A program made the position numbers and the translations under genes. A DNA stretch of 64,000 bases from Sedimentisphaerales bacterium (GTDB lineage: Bacteria; Planctomycetota; Phycisphaerae; Sedimentisphaerales; SM23-30), in the NCBI GenBank assembly GCA_963666285.1, contig OY762711.1; one strand, written 5' to 3'. The notes under the pieces were generated by a model, which was given only the letters and a program-made list of their open reading frames with translations, was not told where the DNA came from and made no database searches. This document shows positions 41,897 to 52,780 of the stretch, in pieces (the stretch's first letter is position 1; each line of letters opens with the position of its first letter).

Positions 41897-43022
41897 TCTG
41901 TGCATCTCCTGCCATTATCCTGGATGGCAAATAGGGGGCTGTTGGAATTGAACTTTCAATATTATCGAGCATTTCGCTTATAATCTTGCCTGTGGCAATA
42001 GAGGTTGTAATGCCAAAACCTTCGTGGCCAGTAGCTGCCCATATTTTGTCTTCTCCGGGACAGGGGCCAATATATGGTGTTTTGTCTGGAGTAGCCGGTC
42101 TGAATCCAGCCCATGTTCTTATCGCCTGGAGATCTTTTAATTTTGGCATATATTCAAAGCATCTGTTAAGCATTTGACCAAGAATATCAAAATTAACATC
42201 CTTGCTGTAATTATCAAATTGCCGTGATGAGCCAATGATTATTTTACCATTTGCGCAAGGATGAAGATTAAAAGCAACCGATTCCTTTGCGGCAGAATGA
42301 GCGCTCTTGAGATATCCAAGCTCTATAATTTGATGATTAATCATACCAGGGTAACGATTAGTGACGACAAGATGTCCCTTACGTTTAATGACCGGAAGAT
42401 CGGTAATTAAATCTGAAGAATTGTAGCCAGCAGCTATTATGATAGTGTCAGCATGAATTTTAGAACCGTCTTTTAGGGTAACGGATCCATCTGATGTTGT
42501 ATTTATTACTTCTGTATATTGACGGATTTCAGCCCCATACGACTCAGCCAGCTTGGAAAATAGCTTTGCCGCTGCAGGTGGGTAAAGAACAGCATCGTCT
42601 GGAACCAATAATCCTCCTAAAAAACCAGGTTTCAAATTTGGTTCGGTTTCTGTGATAGATTTCTGGTCAAGTATCTCAACATTTACACCTCTACTATTGT
42701 AATATGTGAATCTATCCTTGACGGCATCCATTTCTTCCTGGTCGGCAGCTACCCACAGTGTACCGCAGCGGTTCCATTCGATTTTTTCAGTGTTTGTCTC
42801 TGCAAATTCTGTCCAAAGGTCGCGAGAATATCGGCAAAGTTGAAATTGGGATTCTGAATCATCAAGTACAACGATGTGTCCCATGCCTGATGCAGTAGTT
42901 CCTCCGCCAATCATTTGACGTTCAAGCAGTAAGGTTTTTCGGCCACATTCGGCGATATATTTCGCACAGCAGCATCCGACAATTCCGCCGCCAATTATGA
43001 TTACGTCATAAGTGGAATTCAA
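41889..43022 (-). CDS. FAD-dependent D-amino acid oxidoreductase, D-hydroxyproline dehydrogenase beta-type subunit
   Basis: GGGIVG, TTASGMGH, WAGFRPATPD and GHEGFGIT motifs. Confidence 0.85.
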   Translation of the reverse strand: MNSTYDVIIIGGGIVGCCCAKYIAECGRKTLLLERQMIGGGTTASGMGHIVVLDDSESQFQLCRYSRDLWTEFAETNTEKIEWNRCGTLWVAADQEEMDAVKDRFTYYNSRGVNVEILDQKSITETEPNLKPGFLGGLLVPDDAVLYPPAAAKLFSKLAESYGAEIRQYTEVINTTSDGSVTLKDGSKIHADTIIIAAGYNSSDLITDLPVIKRKGHLVVTNRYPGMINHQIIELGYLKSAHSAAKESVAFNLHPCANGKIIIGSSRQFDNYSKDVNFDILGQMLNRCFEYMPKLKDLQAIRTWAGFRPATPDKTPYIGPCPGEDKIWAATGHEGFGITTSIATGKIISEMLDNIESSIPTAPYLPSRIMAGDAQNG

Positions 43023-44008
43023 TGCTTAATCCCCCAGCAGAAAGGATCTGTTGTGTCGATAAGCAATCTTGATTCAGCATTAATGTACGCATTACCAGAT
43101 ATAATAGGGATAACTTTATCGCCATCCCATTTATATCTGGCTTCGAATCGGCTGCCAATAATACTTTCCTGTATCCATATTGATTCCTCAGCTAACAGAC
43201 CTTCAGCAGCCAGGCAGGCAATTCTGGCGCTGGTTCCAGTGCCGCAGGGAGATCTGTCGTATGCTTTTCCCGGACATAAGACAAAGTTGCGGCTATTGGC
43301 AAGGCTGGAACTTGAAGGACCGCAAAGTTCTATATGATCGACCTCAGGATAGCCTTGCTCATTTACACTTTTTCTAAGTTTCCAGGCGAAATCAATCAAT
43401 AATTCAACATTATCCTGCTCCAGGCGCATATTGTGATCTTCGCATAAATAAAACCAGTTTCCTCCCCACGCTATATCTCCATGGAAGGTTCCGGTGTCGT
43501 CTATTTTAACAGGGACATTCATGTGTTTACGGTAGCTCGGCACATTTTTGACAGAAACTTTATTGTCGCAAAGGGTTACTGTGACTTTACCTACCGGGGT
43601 GTCCAGGATGTGTTCGCCTGTTGTGATCTTGCCCATATAATGCAGTGTTTTTACAAGACCAATAGTACCGTGTCCACACATTCCAAGGTATCCTACATTA
43701 TTGAAAAATATCACCCCGCCAATAGTTGTGTCATCATCAGGTTCAATGTATAGAGCTCCAACATATACATCAGATCCGCGAGGTTCATTTACGATTGCAG
43801 ATCGGAAATGGTCATAGTTAGCTTTAAAACGATCTAGTTTTTCCACTAATGTTCCATTGCCAAGATCAGGTCCTCCATGAATTACGACTCTGGTTGGCTC
43901 ACCTTCAGTGTGGGAGTCAATGACGACGATTTCGTTGGAATTGTTTTGCGGCGAACCGGAAATAAAACTATACCCATTTATATTTTTCTGTTTTGTCTGA
44001 TGCATCAT
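43019..44008 (-). CDS. 4-hydroxyproline 2-epimerase (proline racemase family)
   Basis: DSHTEGEPTR, MCGHG and DRSPCGTGTS (two catalytic Cys), WGGNWF. Confidence 0.9.
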   Translation of the reverse strand: MMHQTKQKNINGYSFISGSPQNNSNEIVVIDSHTEGEPTRVVIHGGPDLGNGTLVEKLDRFKANYDHFRSAIVNEPRGSDVYVGALYIEPDDDTTIGGVIFFNNVGYLGMCGHGTIGLVKTLHYMGKITTGEHILDTPVGKVTVTLCDNKVSVKNVPSYRKHMNVPVKIDDTGTFHGDIAWGGNWFYLCEDHNMRLEQDNVELLIDFAWKLRKSVNEQGYPEVDHIELCGPSSSSLANSRNFVLCPGKAYDRSPCGTGTSARIACLAAEGLLAEESIWIQESIIGSRFEARYKWDGDKVIPIISGNAYINAESRLLIDTTDPFCWGIKH

Positions 44009-44363
44009 TTTGGAACTCTTAAAAAAATAATATGCCGATAATGCTATTTTGCATCAATATTTATTTCATTTCTTATACCAAGCTTATATATGTATTTTAC
44101 TACTTAAACAAAGGTGGAATCTAGAAGGTTTATAAAGAAAGGACTATAGTATTATTCTAAAATAATAAGTTTTTATTATAGAGCTTAGTTTATCGGTAAC
44201 AAACTTAACTCATATGCTCGATCCTGCAATATTTTGACATCGTTCAGTGTGTGCAGTTTCGAGAGTTTTAGCTTGGGAATGTTACAATTGATTTTGGCGA
44301 TGGACTTGAGTTCTGACTTGAGATTTGGCCAAAAGAATTCAACTGATAGATTTAAGAGAAGTT

Positions 44364-44397
44364 AAAAAAAACGGCACAGATTAAAATCTGTGCCGTT
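44364..44397 (-). terminator. Rho-independent terminator of the large CotH gene
   Basis: AACGGCACAGAT/ATCTGTGCCGTT stem plus poly-T on the minus strand. Confidence 0.8.
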
Positions 44398-44415
44398 GGT
44401 TGTTTTTATAGGGTT

Positions 44416-47400
44416 TTATTGTACACCCGGAGTTGGTTCAGCAGCATGCCAGTTGCCTGGGTCATTAGTATAGTTATTACCGGCTTCGGTTGGCCGTAAA
44501 TGTGTCAGGCTATTGCCGGTACCATCAGCCTGGAATGTCCAAGGCAGGCGGTCATCGTAATTAACCCTATCGGTACGGATATAGTACCTGTCTTTGCCGT
44601 AATCCTTATCGCCTGGAATTGCAATTTCCAGTTTCTCACCGTCATTTGACAACCCACCCGTATCCCACTGATATATTGTAGTGTTTTGCGGGACATTGGT
44701 ATAGTGAGCATTGAATGAGTTCAGGTCTTTAACCAGTAAAATAGACTGGTTAGGCATTAATACCAAATCATCCGGGAATTCAAATTCAATACCCTCTGTA
44801 AATTTCCATGGGATCAGCTCATTTGTTGACTGGGTATTATTTTCATCCAGATAAGTCGTTGCATAGGTGGCAGTAAGTACCGGGTTGCTTGAAATATTTG
44901 TTAACTCTATATATTCCAGATTCTGGTCGTCATCTGCCGGGTTGTACATGATTTCGGTAATAATGACCGGGCCTACTTTTGGATAAGCATTTTCGGCATT
45001 TGGAGTTTGAGCTGATTGCGGAACAAAATTCCAGGATCCATTTGATTTCTGATAGCGGCCGAAAGAGACATTAGATTCAGCGGCGTCGAATGATTCACTT
45101 TCTAAATAGCCAGTAAGTTCTTCTCCGGATGCAGATTGCAGATATAGAGTTTCGCCACCTTCACTCAAGGCAAATGCTATTCTGCATTGTGAGTCTGAAG
45201 TATTATTGAAGCTAGTCTCTTCAACTACAAAATAAGGATTTGCCGGGGTGAGAATAGTGTTAGCAGGAATTTGATATTTTTTGATCTCAGATTCTGAATC
45301 GTTGCTGTCGGACAGGAACCATCCGCTAATGTCAATTTCCAGGTCTGTGGTATTTTTTAATTCGATCCAATCTGGCAGCTCTGCATGTGAATGGGATAGG
45401 ATTTCGTTGATAACGATACTGCCTGGAGCAGGAACCTGTTCCTGTGCAGTTTCAGCTCGTCCAGGAGTACCTCCAATTATAGAGCTCGGTCTCCAGGCTG
45501 ATTTGCTATTCCAAGGATTTACCTGGCTGAGTGTCATTACCTCTTCGTTAGTTAAAGCTGCATTATAGAATCTGACTTCATCCATCCATCCATCAAAATT
45601 AGAAACAGTATCGTCACTGGAATAACCGAGCCAGTTGTTGGTTAATGTGTTAAGATCGGCAGGAGATAAACTGAAAGAGTCACTTTGTCCGATAATAAGC
45701 CCATCTTCATAGATAGTACATATAGAGCCATTTTTAGTGATGGCAAGGTGCGTCCAGTCACCAATATTTGTCTTAGATAATGATGTGAGTGAAACGGTCT
45801 GATACGGGTCTTTGATTGTGATATTATAGTAGCCATCCAGGTTAGCTGTAATAGTAATAGATTGATTGCTATTAGAACAATCCAGGATGCGAGCTGATTT
45901 GAATTTGTAAGGCAGCTTAATCCAGCATGAGAATGTGAAGTCACTAAGTTGTGATACTGTATCTTGTGGTAAGGATATATAATCATTAAAACCATCCAAT
46001 CTCAAACAGTTCTGAATAATACCGTTAGTTCGTGTTTTTGGAGTACTATTCATTAATTGAGCAAGTTGAGAGTAAGCAGAATTTACCAAGTAATTGGTTT
46101 TAAGTCCATCAAACCTGTAATCTGCGGTCAAACTATTATTTACTTCGGTTTCATAGTCATCTGTCAAGGTAAGCGAAAATCCTTTACCATCTGTTATGTC
46201 ATGCCATTGATCATCATAATCAATTTCTTGTATTTTTATATCATTAATATCTCTAACGGTGATCATTTCGCCAGAATTATCAAGCCTTCCAGTATATTGA
46301 CCAATGATTGGTCTGTTATTACCGTACTTATTGGTGAAAGTTTGAGTGTCTGCTACAACTAGAGCATATTGGCCAGGAGCTAAAGTAGTATCTGGGAATA
46401 CAAAATCAACACCATTGTTGATAGTGCAATTTGAAAGGTTAATAGTGGAATCACAAATATTGGTAAATTCGATGAATTCTTCGTTTGGATCAGAATAAGG
46501 GTTGAACATAATTTCTGATATTCGAAGACCTTCGTGTATTTTGCCAATTAGGAATGTTGCTTCCTTTAGGCTACTCCATGTGCCATTGTTAAGTGTTCTT
46601 GCCTTAATTGTTCCTGATTTGTCTACAGTTATAGGAGATGTGTATTCAATTGCTGAAGGCGATATAGAGTTGTTAGTATAGACGCCTCCCTCAAGTTCAG
46701 CTGAGATAACGAAGTCGGTGCTGTTTATAGATGTATTTATGCCATGTATAGCAAGAATATTTGTCCCCAATTTAAGTTTATCTAAATGGTTAGAAATAGA
46801 AAAAGATGTCATGCCTGTATTTTCGTGGCTGCTGGCTGTGCTGTTCCATGAAGGTGTTGTACTAATGCCTGCCTGTGCAACTTGCTGGCCATTGATATAA
46901 GCGACAAAGCCGTCATCGTATCGTATATTTAATGTCAGGAAATTCCATTGGTTATAGTTTGATTCTGTTATTTCGAATGGGATGCGAATATATATGCATG
47001 TATTAACTCCCCGCATTTCGTCAAGTACATCATAGCTGATATATGGCTTATTTGAAGTGGAGCTATTAATATCTACCTCATATCCCACACCACCGGTTTT
47101 ATCATTTATTACAGGAAGGCCATCAGTCCATTCAGAGTCATTATAAGGTTCATTTGCAGGCAGTCCCCGCCAGGACGTTCCGATATTATAGGTTGGTACA
47201 AGTATTTTTTTTGCAGCATTTTCAGGAACAAGTATGAAAGAGATATTTTTTTTAGTTTCTGATAGACGAGGGTCTTCTTCATTAAGCGTGTAATAAATTG
47301 TGCCAGACTGTCCAGTGTAGTTTTCAAGTGCTATATCAATTGGATACGTTCTTTTAGTTATATGAGTATTTTCACCGTCCAGGTATATTAAAGGGCCCTG

Positions 47401-50337
47401 AAAGGTAAATAATCCTTCGCTAATACACTGATTAAGGAATATGTTTTCACGGGATGGAATGAAACTGGTTGGTATATACTGGTTAACGTTGGTAATAACG
47501 CCGCTGACTTCATGAGCCAGCTCATTAAATATTTCTGTTAATGCAGTTTTCTGCATCCATCCATTAGCTTCAAAAAAGTGTTTCTGAATACGGTCACCGA
47601 ACAGTTGTTTGAAGTCAGGATTGGTTTTTAAGCCACGGTATAGTTTGGCAAGGTCATGGCTGCCAGTATTTAATCCATTTCCCACGGTGAAACAATTTCT
47701 TGAGACAGTGTTATCCATACCACCTTCACCGTCCCAGATGAAGAAGTGCCATTTTGGACTATCGCTTCGCTCGGAAGCGGCAGTCCAGTTATTCTGCGGC
47801 CAGTCCCAGTTTCCGCTCCAACATTGAATAATGAGGTAGTCAATGAATGAAACCAGGTCGATTTGTTCAGAGGCGGTCAGGTAATCAGTTGGGTTTGTAA
47901 GGTCATTGTTTGTGACAAAATCAATATAATTTTTGAAGGCTACTGTGTCACCATCTCTTGCTTCGAGGACATTGTCAGGCTGTACCCAGCCAACGACATC
48001 CCATGGCAGGTCGCTATCGAACATCTCTTGGCAGAAGTCTTCATTTAATCTTTCGCAAGGGTTGAAATATCCTTTATAAACACCATTTATATAAAGATTT
48101 GCAAAGGTTCCTCTTGAAGCTGGATGTCCCATATAATATTGTAGTCTTCTTAGCATTTCATCGCGAACAAATGGGTTACTAATATCATTATGGCCGGCAC
48201 GAATAACAAGAGCATCAATTTTATCAGCTTCAGGAAACTTTTCTAAAACAGGCTCTTCAAGATTATTGTTACCATATGAACTTCGGAAATACAGGCGTTG
48301 GCTGATCTTCCCGGTGCCATACCATATTCCAGAGCTAGGGGTAGTGTATCTAGGCCTCATCCATGCACTTCCGTGGACACGCAGGCCGCAATCCTCATGG
48401 AAACTCTCATCATATTTATTACTTATCCATTCGAAAGAAACAGGTCTTTCATAGTCCATGCCGTGCATAAGCATATTGTTATAGTCAGAAGAATTTACCG
48501 GATACCATATGTCGTTAGACCAAGAGCCGCCGCTTATTGCCATTACGCCGTTTGGATTGTAAAACACCTCTCCGGCTTCGCCATTAAGAGAGATGGCAGG
48601 AAGTCCTCTAGCAGCTGTGGTTTTGTTGAAAAGATATGAATTTGAAGCGATAGGGCTACTCTTGTGTCCTATTTTTTCTACAATAGCTCGTATGCATGTT
48701 CCGGTCAAACTGTTGCTTGTTATTGGTATGGGTTCTATGTATGTGTATCCATTTCTGCTGGTAGGGTCGCTGCCGTCAGTAGTGTATCGAATAACGGCAT
48801 CTTCGATGTCGGTGGATAATTCCAGTACAAACGAATCATTGTAAAAACCTCTTTTATGACTGAATTTTGGTTTTTTAAGTTCGGAGAGATAGCCAGGTTT
48901 GTTATCAAATCCTGGAGTTGGTAAAGCAAAGTAACTGTTAATATCGTCAAAGACACCATAGGAAATATTTTCTTCCTGCTTGGGGTAGCCCCAGAAATTA
49001 TCATTATCGTAATAAGTTTGTTTATATTCATGAACAACTTCACCAGCGGGACTAAATAATCCAAGATATTCTCCGTCTTTTGCTAGCGAAAAGTTTGTGT
49101 GTAAATAACCGGAAGAGTCGACAAATGGATAATTGCTGGGATGGTCGTCCTCTTCTTTTTTAGAAGCAAATACAAGGAGGTTGCCATGGGGTTCAATTGT
49201 AGTGTTTGGCGGAAAAGCCCACTTGCTTTTTTTACTTTCTTTATCTGTAAGAGTCCAATTGCCGATATTAAAATTATAATTGGTATTATTATGTAATTCG
49301 ATCCAGTCTGATGCTTCTCCAAGTCCGTCCAATATATGGCCGTTAATAGTATCGGGAGGATTTTCGCTATCATTATCTGCCATAAATTCACTGATAATTA
49401 CGGGACTAATTTCAAGATTCCATGTTTTAGCTAGATAGGAAAAGTCTGAATTGTCGATAATTGGATTGTTATTTCTATTTATACTACTAGTGTTGGAATG
49501 ACCATATTTGTAAATACTAAATATTTCCCAACTGCTTAGTTCTCGATTATATATACGTATATCATCGATGCAGCCATTATGGTGATATTTTGGAGTTTGA
49601 ATATTATCAGCCTGGTTAATGTCAGTGGCTCCAATTAATATGCTTTCGTTTAAGGAAGTGTTAATTTCTAAATCAAGTTCATTTGCATTTGTGTATATTT
49701 CAAATCCGTCAACAAACATTTTAACCTGATTTATATTATTGGCACCATCAGGCAGGACAATAGCAATATGATGCCATTGATCATCATGTAAATTATTGCC
49801 TCCTATCAATCTGGCGTTATAAATCCCTAACGCAAGCTGTCCTGTAATCTCGTCGATCATAATTATCCATTTTTTGCCAGCATCAGCTATGCCCCATGAC
49901 AAAATAGTATCCAGGCTTGTCTGTTCTTCCTTGTTCGTAATGAATGCGGTGATTGTTCTAGGTTCATGACCACCAATTCCTGATATATTTTCTGCAATAA
50001 TGTAATCGTCAATACCGTCAAAGTATAGTGCTCCACTTATTATGCCGCTTTCAGGTCGCCATTCAGGTTCTCCGTAAATGGTGTTTTGGGAACCAGAAAC
50101 AGATTCCAGGAGAGTCTCGCCGCCGGTTTCATCAAATTTCCAATAGGCGACAAGGCCGTCCTCTTCAATGTTTTCAGTCGTAAGCCACTGAAATGTAAGG
50201 ATTTGCAGATCAGCGATATCGACAATGCAATCGCCTGTTAGATCGCCAGAAAGATGGTTTGCCGCAAAAGATGCAGATGTTGATATTAGTAATATCAGAA
50301 ATAAAATATGTGCGGGTATGTATCTACACATTTTCAA
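44416..50337 (-). CDS. Large secreted multidomain protein: dockerin-like, LamG x2, lamin-tail domains, Fn3-like, CotH kinase-like
   Basis: Signal peptide; ISEFMADN/DWIELHN, ISEIMFNP, INEILSH, ITEIMYNP (LTD); IRYTTDGSDP; NWDWPQNNW...WHFFIWDGE (CotH). Confidence 0.85.
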   Translation of the reverse strand: MKMCRYIPAHILFLILLISTSASFAANHLSGDLTGDCIVDIADLQILTFQWLTTENIEEDGLVAYWKFDETGGETLLESVSGSQNTIYGEPEWRPESGIISGALYFDGIDDYIIAENISGIGGHEPRTITAFITNKEEQTSLDTILSWGIADAGKKWIIMIDEITGQLALGIYNARLIGGNNLHDDQWHHIAIVLPDGANNINQVKMFVDGFEIYTNANELDLEINTSLNESILIGATDINQADNIQTPKYHHNGCIDDIRIYNRELSSWEIFSIYKYGHSNTSSINRNNNPIIDNSDFSYLAKTWNLEISPVIISEFMADNDSENPPDTINGHILDGLGEASDWIELHNNTNYNFNIGNWTLTDKESKKSKWAFPPNTTIEPHGNLLVFASKKEEDDHPSNYPFVDSSGYLHTNFSLAKDGEYLGLFSPAGEVVHEYKQTYYDNDNFWGYPKQEENISYGVFDDINSYFALPTPGFDNKPGYLSELKKPKFSHKRGFYNDSFVLELSTDIEDAVIRYTTDGSDPTSRNGYTYIEPIPITSNSLTGTCIRAIVEKIGHKSSPIASNSYLFNKTTAARGLPAISLNGEAGEVFYNPNGVMAISGGSWSNDIWYPVNSSDYNNMLMHGMDYERPVSFEWISNKYDESFHEDCGLRVHGSAWMRPRYTTPSSGIWYGTGKISQRLYFRSSYGNNNLEEPVLEKFPEADKIDALVIRAGHNDISNPFVRDEMLRRLQYYMGHPASRGTFANLYINGVYKGYFNPCERLNEDFCQEMFDSDLPWDVVGWVQPDNVLEARDGDTVAFKNYIDFVTNNDLTNPTDYLTASEQIDLVSFIDYLIIQCWSGNWDWPQNNWTAASERSDSPKWHFFIWDGEGGMDNTVSRNCFTVGNGLNTGSHDLAKLYRGLKTNPDFKQLFGDRIQKHFFEANGWMQKTALTEIFNELAHEVSGVITNVNQYIPTSFIPSRENIFLNQCISEGLFTFQGPLIYLDGENTHITKRTYPIDIALENYTGQSGTIYYTLNEEDPRLSETKKNISFILVPENAAKKILVPTYNIGTSWRGLPANEPYNDSEWTDGLPVINDKTGGVGYEVDINSSTSNKPYISYDVLDEMRGVNTCIYIRIPFEITESNYNQWNFLTLNIRYDDGFVAYINGQQVAQAGISTTPSWNSTASSHENTGMTSFSISNHLDKLKLGTNILAIHGINTSINSTDFVISAELEGGVYTNNSISPSAIEYTSPITVDKSGTIKARTLNNGTWSSLKEATFLIGKIHEGLRISEIMFNPYSDPNEEFIEFTNICDSTINLSNCTINNGVDFVFPDTTLAPGQYALVVADTQTFTNKYGNNRPIIGQYTGRLDNSGEMITVRDINDIKIQEIDYDDQWHDITDGKGFSLTLTDDYETEVNNSLTADYRFDGLKTNYLVNSAYSQLAQLMNSTPKTRTNGIIQNCLRLDGFNDYISLPQDTVSQLSDFTFSCWIKLPYKFKSARILDCSNSNQSITITANLDGYYNITIKDPYQTVSLTSLSKTNIGDWTHLAITKNGSICTIYEDGLIIGQSDSFSLSPADLNTLTNNWLGYSSDDTVSNFDGWMDEVRFYNAALTNEEVMTLSQVNPWNSKSAWRPSSIIGGTPGRAETAQEQVPAPGSIVINEILSHSHAELPDWIELKNTTDLEIDISGWFLSDSNDSESEIKKYQIPANTILTPANPYFVVEETSFNNTSDSQCRIAFALSEGGETLYLQSASGEELTGYLESESFDAAESNVSFGRYQKSNGSWNFVPQSAQTPNAENAYPKVGPVIITEIMYNPADDDQNLEYIELTNISSNPVLTATYATTYLDENNTQSTNELIPWKFTEGIEFEFPDDLVLMPNQSILLVKDLNSFNAHYTNVPQNTTIYQWDTGGLSNDGEKLEIAIPGDKDYGKDRYYIRTDRVNYDDRLPWTFQADGTGNSLTHLRPTEAGNNYTNDPGNWHAAEPTPGVQ

Positions 50338-50794
50338 CTATTCTCCTATGTTTTTGTGGTGGTTTCTGGCAGGAATCTTCAGAATCATTAATTTATGATA
50401 TTGTGAAACCATAATTACTTACTTTTTTTCAGATTAACTTAATTCAAGTATAGTAAATTAGAGGTGGTGAAACAATTGATATATGTGTTTTTTAAGATAT
50501 TTATGTTATTTTTATGTTATTTTTCTGTGTTTTGGGTTTATCAAAAGGCAAGAATGGTAATTGAGGTAAATTATTATAAAATTATACTAAAATTAGGAAA
50601 TACTGCACTATTATCCAGTTTTTTGTTTGTCAATAGCGGCTCATTTCATTATTGTGTAATATAAGCTGGTTGAGAGAGAAAAAGTGTGTTGTTGGATATG
50701 TTAATATTTTTCAGGTAGTTACATGGTTTTCACTGCAAGAAAATATTAAATAAAATTGTGTTTTATATGTGGAATTTGTGTAGTATAGTATAAC

Positions 50795-50818
50795 TTTTAT
50801 TGATTTAGCTCAATAAAA
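50795..50818. promoter_or_regulatory. Candidate operator upstream of the hexuronate cluster
   Basis: Perfect inverted repeat TTTTATTGA-N6-TCAATAAAA just downstream of a TATAGT -10-like box. Confidence 0.45.
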
Positions 50819-50899
50819 TTACTTGAAATAAAACCATGAATTGTGGAAAATTAATAGCCTAGAGGGCTGAATAGGAGATTCAATTCAGGAGTATGTGTA

Positions 50900-52000
50900 A
50901 TGCCATTATTTGATGTAAAGCAAAAAGAACAATGCAAATACGATATTCTTTCACTTGGAGAGATTATGCTCAGGCTGGATCCAGGTGAAGGTCGCATTCG
51001 TACAACCAGGTCATTTAGAGCCTGGGAAGGCGGAGGTGAGTATAATGTAGCTCGTGGACTGCGTCGCTGTTTCAAACAACGCGCGGCAGTCGTTACGGCG
51101 TTTGCAAAAAATGAAATTGGTTTGCTTCTGGAAGATCTCATTCTACAGGGCGGAGTTGATACATCTTTGATTAAATGGTTTGATTATGATGGTATAGGCA
51201 GGACGATACGTAACGGATTAAACTTTACAGAGCGGGGTTTTGGAATCCGTGGCGCGGTTGGCTGTAGTGATCGCGGATTATCAGCAGCATCTCAGCTCAA
51301 GGCAGGCGATATTGATTGGGATGATATTTTTGGTAATATTGGAGTTAGATGGTTTCATACCGGAGGAATTTATGCCGGGCTGAGCGACACCACTCCGGAG
51401 GTCGTGATTGAAGCTATGAAATCGGCTAAAAAATATGGCACTATTATATCTTATGACTTGAATTACAGACCGTCTTTGTGGAAAGCTGTAGGTGGTCATG
51501 AAAAATGCCAGGAAGTAAATAAAGAGATTGCCAAATACGTAGATGTAATGATAGGAAATGAAGAAGATTTTACAGCCTGTCTGGGTTTGGAGGTTGAAGG
51601 GGTAGATGAACATCTTACAGAACTGGAAACAAGTGCTTTTGAAAAAATGATTAAAAAAGCAACACAGGAATATCCTAATTTCAAGGCAACTGGAACTACG
51701 CTTCGTAGTGTCAGGACTGCAACGATTAACGATTGGGGGGCAATGTGCTGGGCGGGAGGAGAATTCTATACCGCTACGCACAGGCCAAATCTGGAAATAA
51801 TGGATAGAGTTGGCGGAGGTGACAGTTTTGCTTCCGGTTTTATATACGGGCTTATGGAACTTGATGACCCTAAGATGGCGGTTGAATATGGAGCAGCTCA
51901 TGGGGCACTGGCAATGACTACGCCAGGTGACACAACGATGGCAAGCTTGAATGAAGTTGAAAAGCTTGTTGGAGGAGGCGTAGCAAGGGTTGATAGGTAA
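50900..52000 (+). CDS. kdgK: 2-keto-3-deoxygluconate kinase (PfkB)
   Basis: LGEIMLRL, GGGEYNVA, YDLNYRPSLW and DRVGGGDSF motifs; adjacent to eda and uxaC. Confidence 0.85.
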   Translation: MPLFDVKQKEQCKYDILSLGEIMLRLDPGEGRIRTTRSFRAWEGGGEYNVARGLRRCFKQRAAVVTAFAKNEIGLLLEDLILQGGVDTSLIKWFDYDGIGRTIRNGLNFTERGFGIRGAVGCSDRGLSAASQLKAGDIDWDDIFGNIGVRWFHTGGIYAGLSDTTPEVVIEAMKSAKKYGTIISYDLNYRPSLWKAVGGHEKCQEVNKEIAKYVDVMIGNEEDFTACLGLEVEGVDEHLTELETSAFEKMIKKATQEYPNFKATGTTLRSVRTATINDWGAMCWAGGEFYTATHRPNLEIMDRVGGGDSFASGFIYGLMELDDPKMAVEYGAAHGALAMTTPGDTTMASLNEVEKLVGGGVARVDR

Positions 52001-52109
52001 TATGTGAATGATAATAAATATTTTTCCTAGGTCTGATTTTTATAAATTGGCTTTGTGTCTTAAAAATAAATGATAGCTGAATACTAACTATAAGTTAGGA
52101 ATAAATAAA

Positions 52110-52742
52110 ATGGAAAAACTAAAAAATAAACCGGTTATACCTGTTGTCGTTATCGAAGACGAGGCAGACGCCTGCCCGCTGGCAGAGGCATTTCTTGCAG
52201 GAGGTCTAGATGTTATTGAAATTACTTTTCGAACAGAAGCCGCCTCAGATGCAATAGTTAGTATAAAGAAGAATTTTCCAGAAATGCTTCTTGGTGCCGG
52301 AACTGTTATCTCAATGGACAAGGCTAAAATTGCAGTTGACGCCGGTGTTGATTTTGGGCTGGCACCTGGTTTGAATCCTGAAATAGTGAAGTTTTTCCAG
52401 ACTAATAACACCTTTTTTATTCCTGGTGTTATGACACCTAGTGATATTGAAGGTGCGTTGAGTTTGGAATGTACTTCTCTGAAATTTTTCCCAGCGGAAG
52501 CTGCAGGTGGAGTAAATATGCTCAAGTCGATGGCAGCTCCTTATATTTCAGCTGGTGTTGCATTTTGCCCTACAGGCGGATTGAAACTCGATAATATGAA
52601 TGACTATCTACGTTTACCGTTTGTAAATAATATTGGCGGTTCATGGCTGGCTACAAAGCAGCAGATTGCCGACAAGCAATGGTCTGTTATAACAGGCCAG
52701 GTAAAAGCGGCGTTAAGCAAGGCTTCAGAAATAGAATTATAA
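52110..52742 (+). CDS. eda: KDPG/KHG aldolase
   Basis: EITFRT, GAGTV, KFFPAE and PTGG motifs. Confidence 0.93.
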   Translation: MEKLKNKPVIPVVVIEDEADACPLAEAFLAGGLDVIEITFRTEAASDAIVSIKKNFPEMLLGAGTVISMDKAKIAVDAGVDFGLAPGLNPEIVKFFQTNNTFFIPGVMTPSDIEGALSLECTSLKFFPAEAAGGVNMLKSMAAPYISAGVAFCPTGGLKLDNMNDYLRLPFVNNIGGSWLATKQQIADKQWSVITGQVKAALSKASEIEL

Positions 52743-52780
52743 TCAAGTAATTGTGTTGAATAAAGACACAGGAGTTAATA

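Noticed and set aside
40353..43022. Hydrogen cyanide synthase hcnABC
   Set aside because: Homologous subunits, but the flanking epimerase, deaminase and ALDH point to hydroxyproline catabolism
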